23,088 nucleotides of DNA, taken from the NCBI GenBank assembly GCA_046538155.1, contig JBKHJL010000015.1, positions 1 through 23,088 on the forward strand, written 5' to 3'. Made by a program: the position numbers and the translations under genes. How positions within the stretch are numbered: position 1 is the stretch's first letter; each line of letters opens with the position of its first letter. The notes beneath the pieces were generated by a model. That model searched no databases. It was given only the letters and a program-made list of their open reading frames with translations, and was not told where the DNA came from. The stretch is from Candidatus Micrarchaeia archaeon (lineage in GTDB: Archaea; Micrarchaeota; Micrarchaeia; Anstonellales; Bilamarchaeaceae). Of the stretch, positions 8,071-16,410 are shown piece after piece.

Positions 8071-8562
8071 TCACTTTTCCATATTCTCAAAGAACCTGCG
8101 GATGGATTCCTGAGTATTCCCTGCATATTTTACATAAAGCATAAGCTTGGAGAAAACTTTTTTGGGAAGAACATGCACCAGGTCCTCGGCTCTGAGACTT
8201 GGGTTGGATTCTATCATCTCCATTACTTCGTTTATCTTCTTGCTGCTTGAACGCTTTATCTTCTTCTGGGCTTTTTTTCTGGACTTTATCCTTTCTATTT
8301 CTTCCCACATGTTGGAAACATGCCCCAGCATCGCCTTCTCATAAAGCTGGAACCGCTGCTCCTGGGAAAGCCGGTCAAAATCCTCTTTTTCTCCATTGAA
8401 GTTGTTGCGGATGAAAGGGATGTAAGTGTATATGCTCTGCTCCTTGTGCCTGGGATGCAATTCTTCATAATGGTCTTGGTGGAAAGGCGGGGCTGCCTCT
8501 GTTTCCATAGGCAGAACAAGGGGGCTTTGTTTTACCCTTTCCTCTCTTTTTTGCTGGAGCAT
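8071..8562 (-). CDS. Hypothetical protein (helical, charged)
   Basis: 163-aa ORF, co-directional and tightly packed between its neighbours; no recognised motif. Confidence 0.7.
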   Translation of the reverse strand: MLQQKREERVKQSPLVLPMETEAAPPFHQDHYEELHPRHKEQSIYTYIPFIRNNFNGEKEDFDRLSQEQRFQLYEKAMLGHVSNMWEEIERIKSRKKAQKKIKRSSSKKINEVMEMIESNPSLRAEDLVHVLPKKVFSKLMLYVKYAGNTQESIRRFFENMEK

Positions 8563-8609
8563 TCTGGAACCACCGATTGGATAGAATTAGAACACAAGGT
8601 TTTAATTGC

Positions 8610-9674
8610 TTATTTCTGCAAAAGGGAGCGCAGGGGGTGGAGGAGCAGGTTTGGGCCAAGCATCCTTGTTGGCCTGTCCATGTCCCCCTCCTTTTTGAGG
8701 AACTCCTCAATCCTGAATGCAGAAGAAACAGATGCAAGTGCACGGAGAGAATCTCCGTTCAGCCTTCCAAGGGCGCAGTGGATGCGGTAGTGTGCATCAA
8801 GGTCTTTCCCATGCGCGGTTTTCCATTCTCTTTCATATTCCAGAGGGCTGTCCGCAAGCCTCCCGGCTATCCTTGCGCAGGAAGTCCCGAAAACAACCCC
8901 TCCTCCGGTTGTGGACTTAACCTGGCCTGCAGCATCCCCAACAAGCAGCACGTTCCGGGAACCGTAAGAAAGTGCGGTTTTTGGGCGCCTGGCCACGGGG
9001 ATGATTGAATGTTTTCTCTCTTTGGAGAAAGGGATTCCTGTGTATTTTGAAAGGGCGTCCAGCGCCCGGTCTGAATTTCCGGGAAGGATGCAGCCGGCTC
9101 CGGCTTCTGCCTCTTCCTCATTATGAGGTATCATCCATGCAAAAAAGCCAGGAAACATTTCATTAGACAGGAAAACCCGCACATGGTCAGGCATCTCCCC
9201 ATCATACCTTACCCTGCACTGGGATGTTGCCACAAAACGGTATATCTCCGGAAAACCAAACCCTGAAGCAACAGAAGAAAGAGGGCCGTCTGCACCTATT
9301 ATGTTGCCTTCCGGAAATGCAGTAAGGCGTTTTCCGAAAAAGAATTTTGCCCCTTCCTGCTCTGCCTTCCGGGCAAGGGCATCATCAAAAGAAGCCCGGT
9401 CAATGACGTAAGCAATATCCTTACCCGAATCAACCAGGAGGCGGGAGCCCGCACAATCAATTACTGCACCTTTTATCCTGTTTATAGTATGCCTGCGAAA
9501 ATCCGCCATGTCTGAAAGGGAGTTGAGCCCTTCTTTTGAAATAAGGCCTGAGCAATTTATCGGAAGGCCTGCCCTTTCGTGCTCTTCATAAAGGCACACA
9601 TTGTGCCCTTCACGAAGGGCGGAAACCGCAGAAACAGAGCCTGAGGGGCCTGCGCCCACAACATGGACACGCAT
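8610..9674 (-). CDS. Geranylgeranyl reductase family FAD-dependent oxidoreductase (DGGGPL reductase-like)
   Basis: Rossmann motif VVGAGPSG, PINCSGLIS, IDRASFD, IIGADG, GFFAWMIP and LLVGDAAGQVKSTTGGGV. Confidence 0.9.
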   Translation of the reverse strand: MRVHVVGAGPSGSVSAVSALREGHNVCLYEEHERAGLPINCSGLISKEGLNSLSDMADFRRHTINRIKGAVIDCAGSRLLVDSGKDIAYVIDRASFDDALARKAEQEGAKFFFGKRLTAFPEGNIIGADGPLSSVASGFGFPEIYRFVATSQCRVRYDGEMPDHVRVFLSNEMFPGFFAWMIPHNEEEAEAGAGCILPGNSDRALDALSKYTGIPFSKERKHSIIPVARRPKTALSYGSRNVLLVGDAAGQVKSTTGGGVVFGTSCARIAGRLADSPLEYEREWKTAHGKDLDAHYRIHCALGRLNGDSLRALASVSSAFRIEEFLKKEGDMDRPTRMLGPNLLLHPLRSLLQK

Positions 9675-9716
9675 AAAAGATAATTAAAAGAAAAGCAATA
9701 AAAAACGGGCAGGAGC

Positions 9717-11450
9717 CTATTCATCCTCATCCAGGGGGATTTCCATCATTCCTGAGCGGGAAGGGGGTTCGTCTTCATAAACAACCTCCAGCCCGCTCGG
9801 TTCCATGGTAACACCACCGGCATTCTGCCTGGGAACCTCTTCTGTTTCCGGAAGAGGATCTCCTTCACCAGAACCTCCCTCCTGGCACTCGGCTGCTTCC
9901 TCAGAAGTGGGGGCCATGTGGGCAGGCATCTCCTGGGTGGGCGGAACGCTTCCTGGCCTTTCAAACGCTCCGGAAACCAGGGATGATGCCCGTTCCGCGA
10001 GCTTTCTGGCTGACCAGGCAATCCATCTGCCTGCAACTGCTGTTCCCTGATTAATTCCCTTTGCAAGCTTCCTGAAAGGCCAAGCAATTCCCGTGGCAAT
10101 ATACCCGGGAACAGATTTGAGCACTTCTCCCAGCCTCCCTTCAGGCATCTCCATATCCGGAACAAGCTTTGAAAGAATAAAGAGCCCTGCTGAAACTGAA
10201 GCAAGCTTGAGGCTGTCGCTGAAATCCACCACTTCCAGCATATTGCGGGCCCCGGTTGTGGCATTATGGGACATATCCATGATTGCAGCAGAAATGGCCA
10301 TGATTGCAGTACCAAATGATGCCCTGCTGAGTTTTTTGCTGGGGGTTGACTGGAAAATTCCTGTTGCTGTCCAGAGTGCCCCAAGGCCGCAGGAAACTTC
10401 AAACGCATGATTGTAGAGGAAGTGCACTGCATCCAGAGACGTATCGCGGACTGCCCTGAGGTTTTCAACGCTGCTGTTCCAGAAGTCCTTTCCAAAACCG
10501 GACCAGGTTGCGGCCCCGGGAGTATTGAGCGCCTTGTTTCCCGCAGACCATCCGGAAACCCCTGCAACACCAGCAATCCCCAGCAGGCCCAGTTTAATCA
10601 TCCTTCCCGGGCCTTTGAATATCAGTCCAAGAGTATGCCTAACCGGCTTCTCCACAAAATTTGCAAAATGTGTAGAAAGGGATTTAAGGAAGTTTACTGC
10701 AGAAATGGCCGGAATGTAATCCTCATATTTCCCTGTTTTTTTCTTTCGGGGTTCCTCTCCTGAACGGGCCTGCTCCTCCACTTCTGCGCGCCTTGCCCGT
10801 GCCTGCATGGCATACCACTCCTCTTCTGCGCTTACACCAAAGGAGGGCTGATGGCAGTTATTGCTTGATTCGGGATTCTCTCCAGGCTCAGCTTCTGCTT
10901 TTTCCACTGGGGAAACCGGACCTCCTGCAGAAATAAGATGCTGCTCAAGCAGGGCAATTCTGGAACTGATGGCCTGAAGCCTTTCTTCGGTCAAATCAGC
11001 CTGGGTATTCAGCATATTATATTCTGAAATCTTCTGGTCCAGTACTTCAAACGACTTGTGGGCGTGGTGATAGCAGGTATCCAGCTCCTTTTCCAGCTCT
11101 TTTCTCTCCTCAGTAGAGAGGGGGGCTTCCAGGCGAACCTGCAAATTCTCAATGTATTCAAGCTGGTTTTGCAGTATTTCCGTTACTTCCTGGATTTGCG
11201 GCTCCATAGCTGAGAGCATTTCGTTGGCCTGCTCATTTTCCCTATTAAGTACGTTTGCTTCTCTCTTCAGCCCTTCTATCTTTTTCTGGAGATGCATCCT
11301 GAACTCAGGCTCCTGGGTAGAAGGCTGTTTACCTCCAGGGATGGATTTCAGATGTTTTTTCCTGAATATTTGTTTCCCTCCATTGGGGCCCTTGCCCATG
11401 GGGGGGTTCCCGTTTCTGTTGCCTCCATTTCCGCCATGCTTATTAACCAT
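9717..11450 (-). CDS. Hypothetical protein: basic disordered N-terminus, coiled coil, several hydrophobic helices, acidic disordered tail
   Basis: 577-aa ORF. E/Q/L-rich heptads at about aa 50-175 are followed by Gly/Ala-rich hydrophobic segments (LGLLGIAGVAGVSGW, FGTAIMAISAAIM, LASVSAGLFILSKLV). GGTG precedes the ATG and TTTTTAAA lies about 40 nt upstream. Confidence 0.8.
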   Translation of the reverse strand: MVNKHGGNGGNRNGNPPMGKGPNGGKQIFRKKHLKSIPGGKQPSTQEPEFRMHLQKKIEGLKREANVLNRENEQANEMLSAMEPQIQEVTEILQNQLEYIENLQVRLEAPLSTEERKELEKELDTCYHHAHKSFEVLDQKISEYNMLNTQADLTEERLQAISSRIALLEQHLISAGGPVSPVEKAEAEPGENPESSNNCHQPSFGVSAEEEWYAMQARARRAEVEEQARSGEEPRKKKTGKYEDYIPAISAVNFLKSLSTHFANFVEKPVRHTLGLIFKGPGRMIKLGLLGIAGVAGVSGWSAGNKALNTPGAATWSGFGKDFWNSSVENLRAVRDTSLDAVHFLYNHAFEVSCGLGALWTATGIFQSTPSKKLSRASFGTAIMAISAAIMDMSHNATTGARNMLEVVDFSDSLKLASVSAGLFILSKLVPDMEMPEGRLGEVLKSVPGYIATGIAWPFRKLAKGINQGTAVAGRWIAWSARKLAERASSLVSGAFERPGSVPPTQEMPAHMAPTSEEAAECQEGGSGEGDPLPETEEVPRQNAGGVTMEPSGLEVVYEDEPPSRSGMMEIPLDEDE

Positions 11451-11593
11451 AATAACACCAATTGTAACTAATTTGTGATAATGAATGTTTAAAAAGGTAT
11501 GTTGTGTCCAGGTTACCCCTCCTGCGCCCCTGCTTGAATAGATAGGCTTGAGTTTTTAAATATTTTCAATATAAATGTTTGATTGCAACTTTT

Positions 11594-11665
11594 GCGGCCG
11601 TAGTCTAGTGGCTATGATTCGAGATTGCCAATTTCGAGGCCCGGGTTCAATTCCCGGCGGCCGCA
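11594..11665 (+). tRNA. trnG: tRNA-Gly (GCC)
   Basis: Acceptor GCGGCCG/CGGCCGC plus A, anticodon arm CGAGA-TT-GCC-AA-TTTCG, T arm CCGGG-TTCAATT-CCCGG. AT-rich TATA-like boxes lie upstream (11553-11576). Confidence 0.96.
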
Positions 11666-11724
11666 CTTTGCGAATTAAACTGCACTGTTTTTATTGCTAA
11701 TCCGAGATTCCCCACTGTGATAAA

Positions 11725-12060
11725 ATGGAGGAAAACGAAGCTGAAGAACCTGAAATAATTTTTAAAAGGGAAGAAGACCTGCTGGCATTCGTGGAAGAGC
11801 GGACAAAGCAGATCAACAACAGGCTGAATGATTTAGAAAGGGCACAATTCAGCGAAAGCCGGGAGGCGTTCAGAAAGCATGCGGCAGATATAAGTGATGG
11901 CATTGGCCGGCTGCAGGAAATCATAAAGAAAAATTACATAAATTTCTCGGGGGGTAAAAATGTTGTGGAAAACTGGGAGGAAATATCAATGTACTCCTGG
12001 ACAGTACGTCTGCAGGAAAGGCTTACGGAAATAAAAGATACGAACACAGTGGGGGTATAA
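11725..12060 (+). CDS. Hypothetical helical protein
   Basis: 111-aa ORF with an ATG start and A/G-rich coding pattern like its neighbours; no motif recognised. Confidence 0.7.
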   Translation: MEENEAEEPEIIFKREEDLLAFVEERTKQINNRLNDLERAQFSESREAFRKHAADISDGIGRLQEIIKKNYINFSGGKNVVENWEEISMYSWTVRLQERLTEIKDTNTVGV

Positions 12061-12099
12061 CGCCAAAACAATAATAAGTTCTAATGAGATATTGATGGG

Positions 12100-13674
12100 T
12101 TGGCCCAAAAAAAGAAAAGGGAAAATGAGGGTCCGCCTGAACCCGTGCAAAGAGCAAAAGCCCCGGAAAAGCTTGGGAAGATACCTGTTAAAGTAGAAAA
12201 AAACTGGTTTGTGGAGCATCTGGAGGCAGAACTTTTCAGGGCGGGGTTCAGCAGTGCGGGGGATGTTGTGGGTGGGGAACTGCGGCTTACGGAGATGGGG
12301 CCCGTGTTCCTGGGTATAAGAGGGGGAGCAATACTGCACCAGATGATGGGGGAAATGCCATTTTTGGGTGGAAGGCTGGGGGTTGAAAAATCAACAGAAG
12401 AATGGGACTTTTATTCTACTGTGAACTTCACTGCAATCAGAAGCAGTGAGTTGGCGGAAGGAAGCGAATTCAGGATATATTCTGATGCAGGAGTAGTATG
12501 GGAGCCAATCAGTGCTGAAGAAGCAAATGGATTCAGCATGAAGCTGGGCGCAGAAGTAAATCTTGACATAGATACTGGGCTTTGGGGTGCATACCTCGAA
12601 CCCGTAAAGGCAGGCTTTGGGGCTTCGGCAAAATACGGAAAAATAACTGTTTACGCAATAGAGGAAGTGCTTACAGGGGGGAAAAGCCGGGCTCGGCAAA
12701 GATGGAAGTTCTTGCCCCGCACCATAAAAAAACGAAGGCCGGGGCTGTATTCAACTTTCACCCTGTAAAAGTAGAACTGATGGGGTTTTTCAGCAAGCTC
12801 GAGCAGGGAGGTGAATTCATCATACGCTCTGAGTCAGAGTATTTTGCCCCGGAAATATATATGAAAGGGGCAAAGAGGGTTTCCATGTTGCCCGATGAGA
12901 TGAGTATGGGGATGCGCTTCAGGTTCGGGCGTGGGCGCAGGCAGTTTACTATAGAGGGGGAGCAGACTTTTGATGATGAAATGGGGGAAAGCCGGGCTCA
13001 TGCTTTCAATTTGGAGAAAGAGGAAGAGTATGAACAGGCAGAGGAAAACTTTTACTCTGCTCTTGAAGATTCAGAAACATTTGAAGAATTTGCCCGCAGA
13101 TACAGCAACCTCTCCAGTTATGACCTGATTTATGCAGCCCATAAGCTCGGTCTGGAAGCGCTTAAAGGGACAGTTAGGGAAACAGCAAAAAAATGGACGA
13201 GGGGGGGCATTTGCAGATACTACTGAAAAACTCTCACAACTGAGCACAGAGGATGTTTACCGGGCGCTCAGAGGATACATAGAAACTGGTAAAATGGAGG
13301 GTTTGGGTGCAGGGACATGCGCAAACATTTCCATATTGCAGGCAGAACTGCTCAGGAAGGGGGGGATGAAAGCAAACCCACTGAGCATAGCATACTCCGG
13401 TCAGGGACATGTAGTGGTGACAGCGTTTGACCCAAAAACAAAAAAATCATATCTTATGAACTGGAGTGAAATTTACGAAAGAGACGGTAGGAACGTCTGG
13501 CCCCTGATACAGAAACTCTCAAAAGAACGTGGAACCATAATCGGCTGGATAGATATTTATGATAAAAACAGCAACCTGGTCGGAAGGTATGAGGGACCTG
13601 AGGAAAAGATGACGAAGAAGGCTGCGGGGGCTGAGGAAACAAGCGGGAAACTGAGGAAACGGCTCAGGGAGTAG
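12100..13674 (+). pseudogene. Frameshifted paralog of 16411..17946 (beta-strand-rich region plus transglutaminase/papain-like Cys-His-Asn domain)
   Basis: ORFs 12100..12768, 12582..13226 and 13132..13674 align in order with successive parts of the intact paralog (IPVKVEK, SSAGDV, AGVVWEPISAEEANGF, TKAG, EYFAPEIY, ALEDSETFEEFARRY, GTC, GHVV, DPK, WPLIQ, YEGPE, AAG). Breaks fall at G6 (12676-81) and at A7/G7 (13187-93, 13201-07). Confidence 0.85.
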
Positions 13675-13805
13675 CAGGTTTTTAAACAAAACCCATTCTA
13701 ATTATTGTTCGCTTTCTTGTTTAGGAAGTAATACTGCTGTAGCGTAAAACAAATCATGTTTTTATGAAATTTTTACCGCAATGAAGTTTTGCGCGGTGTT
13801 TTTTG

Positions 13806-13822
13806 TGTCCAATTTTTGGACA
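13806..13822. promoter_or_regulatory. Perfect palindrome TGTCCAA-TTT-TTGGACA upstream of tRNA-Leu (possible transcription-factor operator or hairpin)
   Basis: 7-3-7 inverted repeat in an AT-rich intergenic region, about 47 nt upstream of the tRNA. Confidence 0.4.
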
Positions 13823-13868
13823 TAAGTAAAACCTTGGTAAAAAGTGAAAAACAGCAGAAAAAAATTTC

Positions 13869-13952
13869 GCAGGGGTAGCCAAGTGGTCAAAGGCGCTAGA
13901 TTCAGGGTCTAGTCGGTTAGTCCGTTCGAGGGTTCGAATCCCTTCCCCTGCA
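13869..13952 (+). tRNA. trnL: tRNA-Leu (CAG)
   Basis: Acceptor GCAGGGG/CCCCTGC plus A, anticodon arm CTAGA-TT-CAG-GG-TCTAG, long variable arm, T arm GAGGG-TTCGAAT-CCCTT. Confidence 0.96.
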
Positions 13953-13954
13953 AT

Positions 13955-15265
13955 CTATTCTGGATACCCCTCAATAAAAAATTCAACTTCATCCGAAGCT
14001 TCAGCTGAATCCTCGCCATATGCTGTTACCGTAAGTTCGTGTTCCCCGTCCCCGTAAAGCTCAGGGATTATCTCACAGAGGAAGAATGGGTCCTGCTCCT
14101 GGCAAAACAGCTCTCCATCCACGAAATACTCTACCAGCATAACTGCACCAGGGTCAGAGTATTCAACCATCACAGGCTCGATTGCGATTACTGTGCCTCC
14201 GGGGGGAGGATTAATTATTTCAACCATAAGGAAATCCTCCATTGGCTCATCAGAAACACCGGAAATTGGAACGCACTCACATTCTGTTGTGCATTCCTCG
14301 CTGCTGCTGCATCCTGTGGGGTCGGCCTCATAATCGCACTCTTCCGGGCCGCTTATCTCCCCGTCCCCGCACTCATAGTCCTTTTCGCATTTGCATTCTG
14401 AAGTGCATTTATAGTATTCGTCGCATCCTGTGGGGGAGGTCTTGGGGTCGCATTCCTCATCCTTTGAAGAATCGAGCTTTCCGTTTCCGCAGCAACATTC
14501 TTCCGGGCAGGTTAACCTGGATTGGGTGAAGATGGCATCAACATGGTGCTGGCACACCTTGGAGTTGGGCCCGATAACTGCCATGAGGCTGTTGGGGGGT
14601 ATTCCCTTTCTCGGGACTGAAAACAGCCATTTCCCATATTTGTTTTTCTGGAAGACTATTTTTTGGCCCTCCTGCAGCTTCCCTTCAATCTCCTGTTTCT
14701 TCTTTTCAGTGAACTCCCCGGGAGTTATAAAAGTTGGGCCGCTCACAAACTTATTTTTGTTGTCATCATACATATAGTACATGTAGTGGTCCGCATACTC
14801 ATCCCTAAGACCCATAAGGTGGCCAAACTCATGGGCAAGAGTGGCATCAGAATCATGCACTTCCAGCTGCCCCGGGCCTGCCATGTTCCCTGCCACTGTT
14901 TGGCTGAGGCCCCTGGTGAAATCGCTGCGATACACCCATGCCCGGTGCACCCCTTTTGTATTATAGACAGTTATGCAGTGGTATTCGGGGTCGCTGCTTT
15001 CCGCTTCTTTGCAATCAGAAACAATCTTTGTTTTTACCTCCACCTCGAACTCACAGCTGCATTCACCAACTTTCAGGCCCTTGTTCCAGTAGTTAGAAAC
15101 CGCGTTTTCCACACGATTTGCAAATGCCTCGCTTGCCCCGGCACCAGTAAATGCAGTGTGGATTGTTATTTTGAACTTGCAATCGTCCATCTGGGCATGG
15201 GCTTCGGAATAAGCAATCTGGGGAAGCAGGAGCACAAATAACAGGAAAAATGCTATCCTTTTCAT
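13955..15265 (-). CDS. Secreted metzincin-type zinc metallopeptidase with Cys-rich (DUF4215/Myxococcus-type) repeats and a C-terminal Ig-like domain
   Basis: Signal MKRIAFFLLFVLLLPQIAYSEAHA; LAHEFGHLMGLRDEY (HExxHxxGxxD); candidate Met-turn NSLMA; repeats CGNGKLDSSKDEECD...PTGC and CGDGEISGPEECD...PTGC; Ig-like VEIINP...VEYFVDGE...DGEHELTVTAYG. Confidence 0.85.
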   Translation of the reverse strand: MKRIAFFLLFVLLLPQIAYSEAHAQMDDCKFKITIHTAFTGAGASEAFANRVENAVSNYWNKGLKVGECSCEFEVEVKTKIVSDCKEAESSDPEYHCITVYNTKGVHRAWVYRSDFTRGLSQTVAGNMAGPGQLEVHDSDATLAHEFGHLMGLRDEYADHYMYYMYDDNKNKFVSGPTFITPGEFTEKKKQEIEGKLQEGQKIVFQKNKYGKWLFSVPRKGIPPNSLMAVIGPNSKVCQHHVDAIFTQSRLTCPEECCCGNGKLDSSKDEECDPKTSPTGCDEYYKCTSECKCEKDYECGDGEISGPEECDYEADPTGCSSSEECTTECECVPISGVSDEPMEDFLMVEIINPPPGGTVIAIEPVMVEYSDPGAVMLVEYFVDGELFCQEQDPFFLCEIIPELYGDGEHELTVTAYGEDSAEASDEVEFFIEGYPE

Positions 15266-16008
15266 TCAACCACCATTTTTTCTGAATCTGGGTCCCATTC
15301 TATCTTTTCCGAATTTTCATTCCACCAGGCTTCCCACTGCTGCCTTGCCTCTGCATCAAACTGGCCGGGCGCGCAGGAATACTCAAAATCTTTTTCCGTG
15401 TACCTTACCAGGAATTCATTTGCATAACTGCATACAAGTATAGGGGGCTCCCAGAGGAACATCTGCTCATCACTTCCAAGAAGGTCAATGAGGACAGGAA
15501 TTCCTTCCTTGTCGCCCATTGTGACTAATGTAACTGCAGCCATCAGCCTGAAACTGGAAAGATTGCCTTCCAGGAACGGGGAGATTCCCTGCTTTATCTC
15601 TTCCTGCTCTTCAGGGGTTGTATTGTATGCAATATTGGAAAGCACATAAAGCCCCGTCCACTTCGCGTAGCTGTCATTGCTTTCAAGCAGGGGGAGGACA
15701 TCGCTGGGGCCAACCCCGAGCAATAGGTTCACATTTGAAAAAGTTGAGCTGTCGTTTTCATCATAGGATGCAAGCACTGACTCGACAAGCTCCTGGTTTG
15801 TTGCTGCTGGAGCAGGTTCCTCTTCCTGGGCGGAAGCATTCATTTTACCCGATGGAAATTCCTGGGATTCGTTTTCCTGTGCAGGGGAGTCCGTAGCAGG
15901 CTCTGTATCATTCTGCTCTGCAGAAGGCACCGGGGATTCAGGGGAAGGGCATCCTGCAAAAAGCAGGAGAAAAACTAAAAACAAGGGAAATATCTTGCAG
16001 TCATTCAT
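15262..16008 (-). CDS. Predicted lipoprotein with HEAT/PBS-lyase-like repeats
   Basis: LFLVFLLLFAGC lipobox, P/S/E-rich linker, HEAT-like RLMAAVTLVTMGDKEGIPVLIDLL and C-terminal ARQQWEAWWNEN. Its stop overlaps the next start (ATGA). Confidence 0.75.
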   Translation of the reverse strand: MNDCKIFPLFLVFLLLFAGCPSPESPVPSAEQNDTEPATDSPAQENESQEFPSGKMNASAQEEEPAPAATNQELVESVLASYDENDSSTFSNVNLLLGVGPSDVLPLLESNDSYAKWTGLYVLSNIAYNTTPEEQEEIKQGISPFLEGNLSSFRLMAAVTLVTMGDKEGIPVLIDLLGSDEQMFLWEPPILVCSYANEFLVRYTEKDFEYSCAPGQFDAEARQQWEAWWNENSEKIEWDPDSEKMVVE

Positions 16009-16018
16009 CTAACTCCCT

Positions 16019-16339
16019 TCAAACAGTCCGTTCTTTCAGGTCAATATCTATTCCGCCGCCAACCCCGAGGACGATATCATAAACAACTGCACTTATGAAA
16101 CCAAAGATGAACATCGCGATTGCGGAAACCACGAGACCAGCAATACCCATCCCGAAACCGACTATAAGCGCAATAAATGTGCTTGCAATGTCTGTTCCGG
16201 ACGCAAGCCCAAAAATGGCTGCAAACATCATCACCACTGTGTAAATGGCCAATGAAATCAAGCCAATCACAAATGTCCATATTGCGAGCAGTCTCCCCAG
16301 AGAAACTGCACCTATGTGAGTAAGGGTTACTCTTTGCAT
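16019..16339 (-). CDS. Small two-TM membrane protein (DUF3566-like)
   Basis: MQRVTLTHIGAVSLGRL, two long hydrophobic helices and AVVYDIVLGVGGGIDIDL, resembling the DUF3566 pattern. GGTGA precedes the ATG. Confidence 0.7.
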   Translation of the reverse strand: MQRVTLTHIGAVSLGRLLAIWTFVIGLISLAIYTVVMMFAAIFGLASGTDIASTFIALIVGFGMGIAGLVVSAIAMFIFGFISAVVYDIVLGVGGGIDIDLKERTV

Positions 16340-16410
16340 TTCTTCACCAGAGGGAGTAATCCTGCAGAATATATAAATGCTCCGTGAGTAATTTAACCAG
16401 GCGATGGGAG

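Noticed and set aside
9746..10576. 276-aa alternative-frame ORF inside the 577-aa gene
   Set aside because: It is fully nested on the same strand with atypical composition and has no start signals.
6288..11665. The two tRNA-Gly genes as attL/attR of an integrated element
   Set aside because: Both are full tRNAs with different anticodons and several mismatches, and no integrase lies between them.
12100..13674. Three independent genes as given by the ORF track
   Set aside because: They overlap extensively and are collinear with the single intact paralog at 16411..17946.
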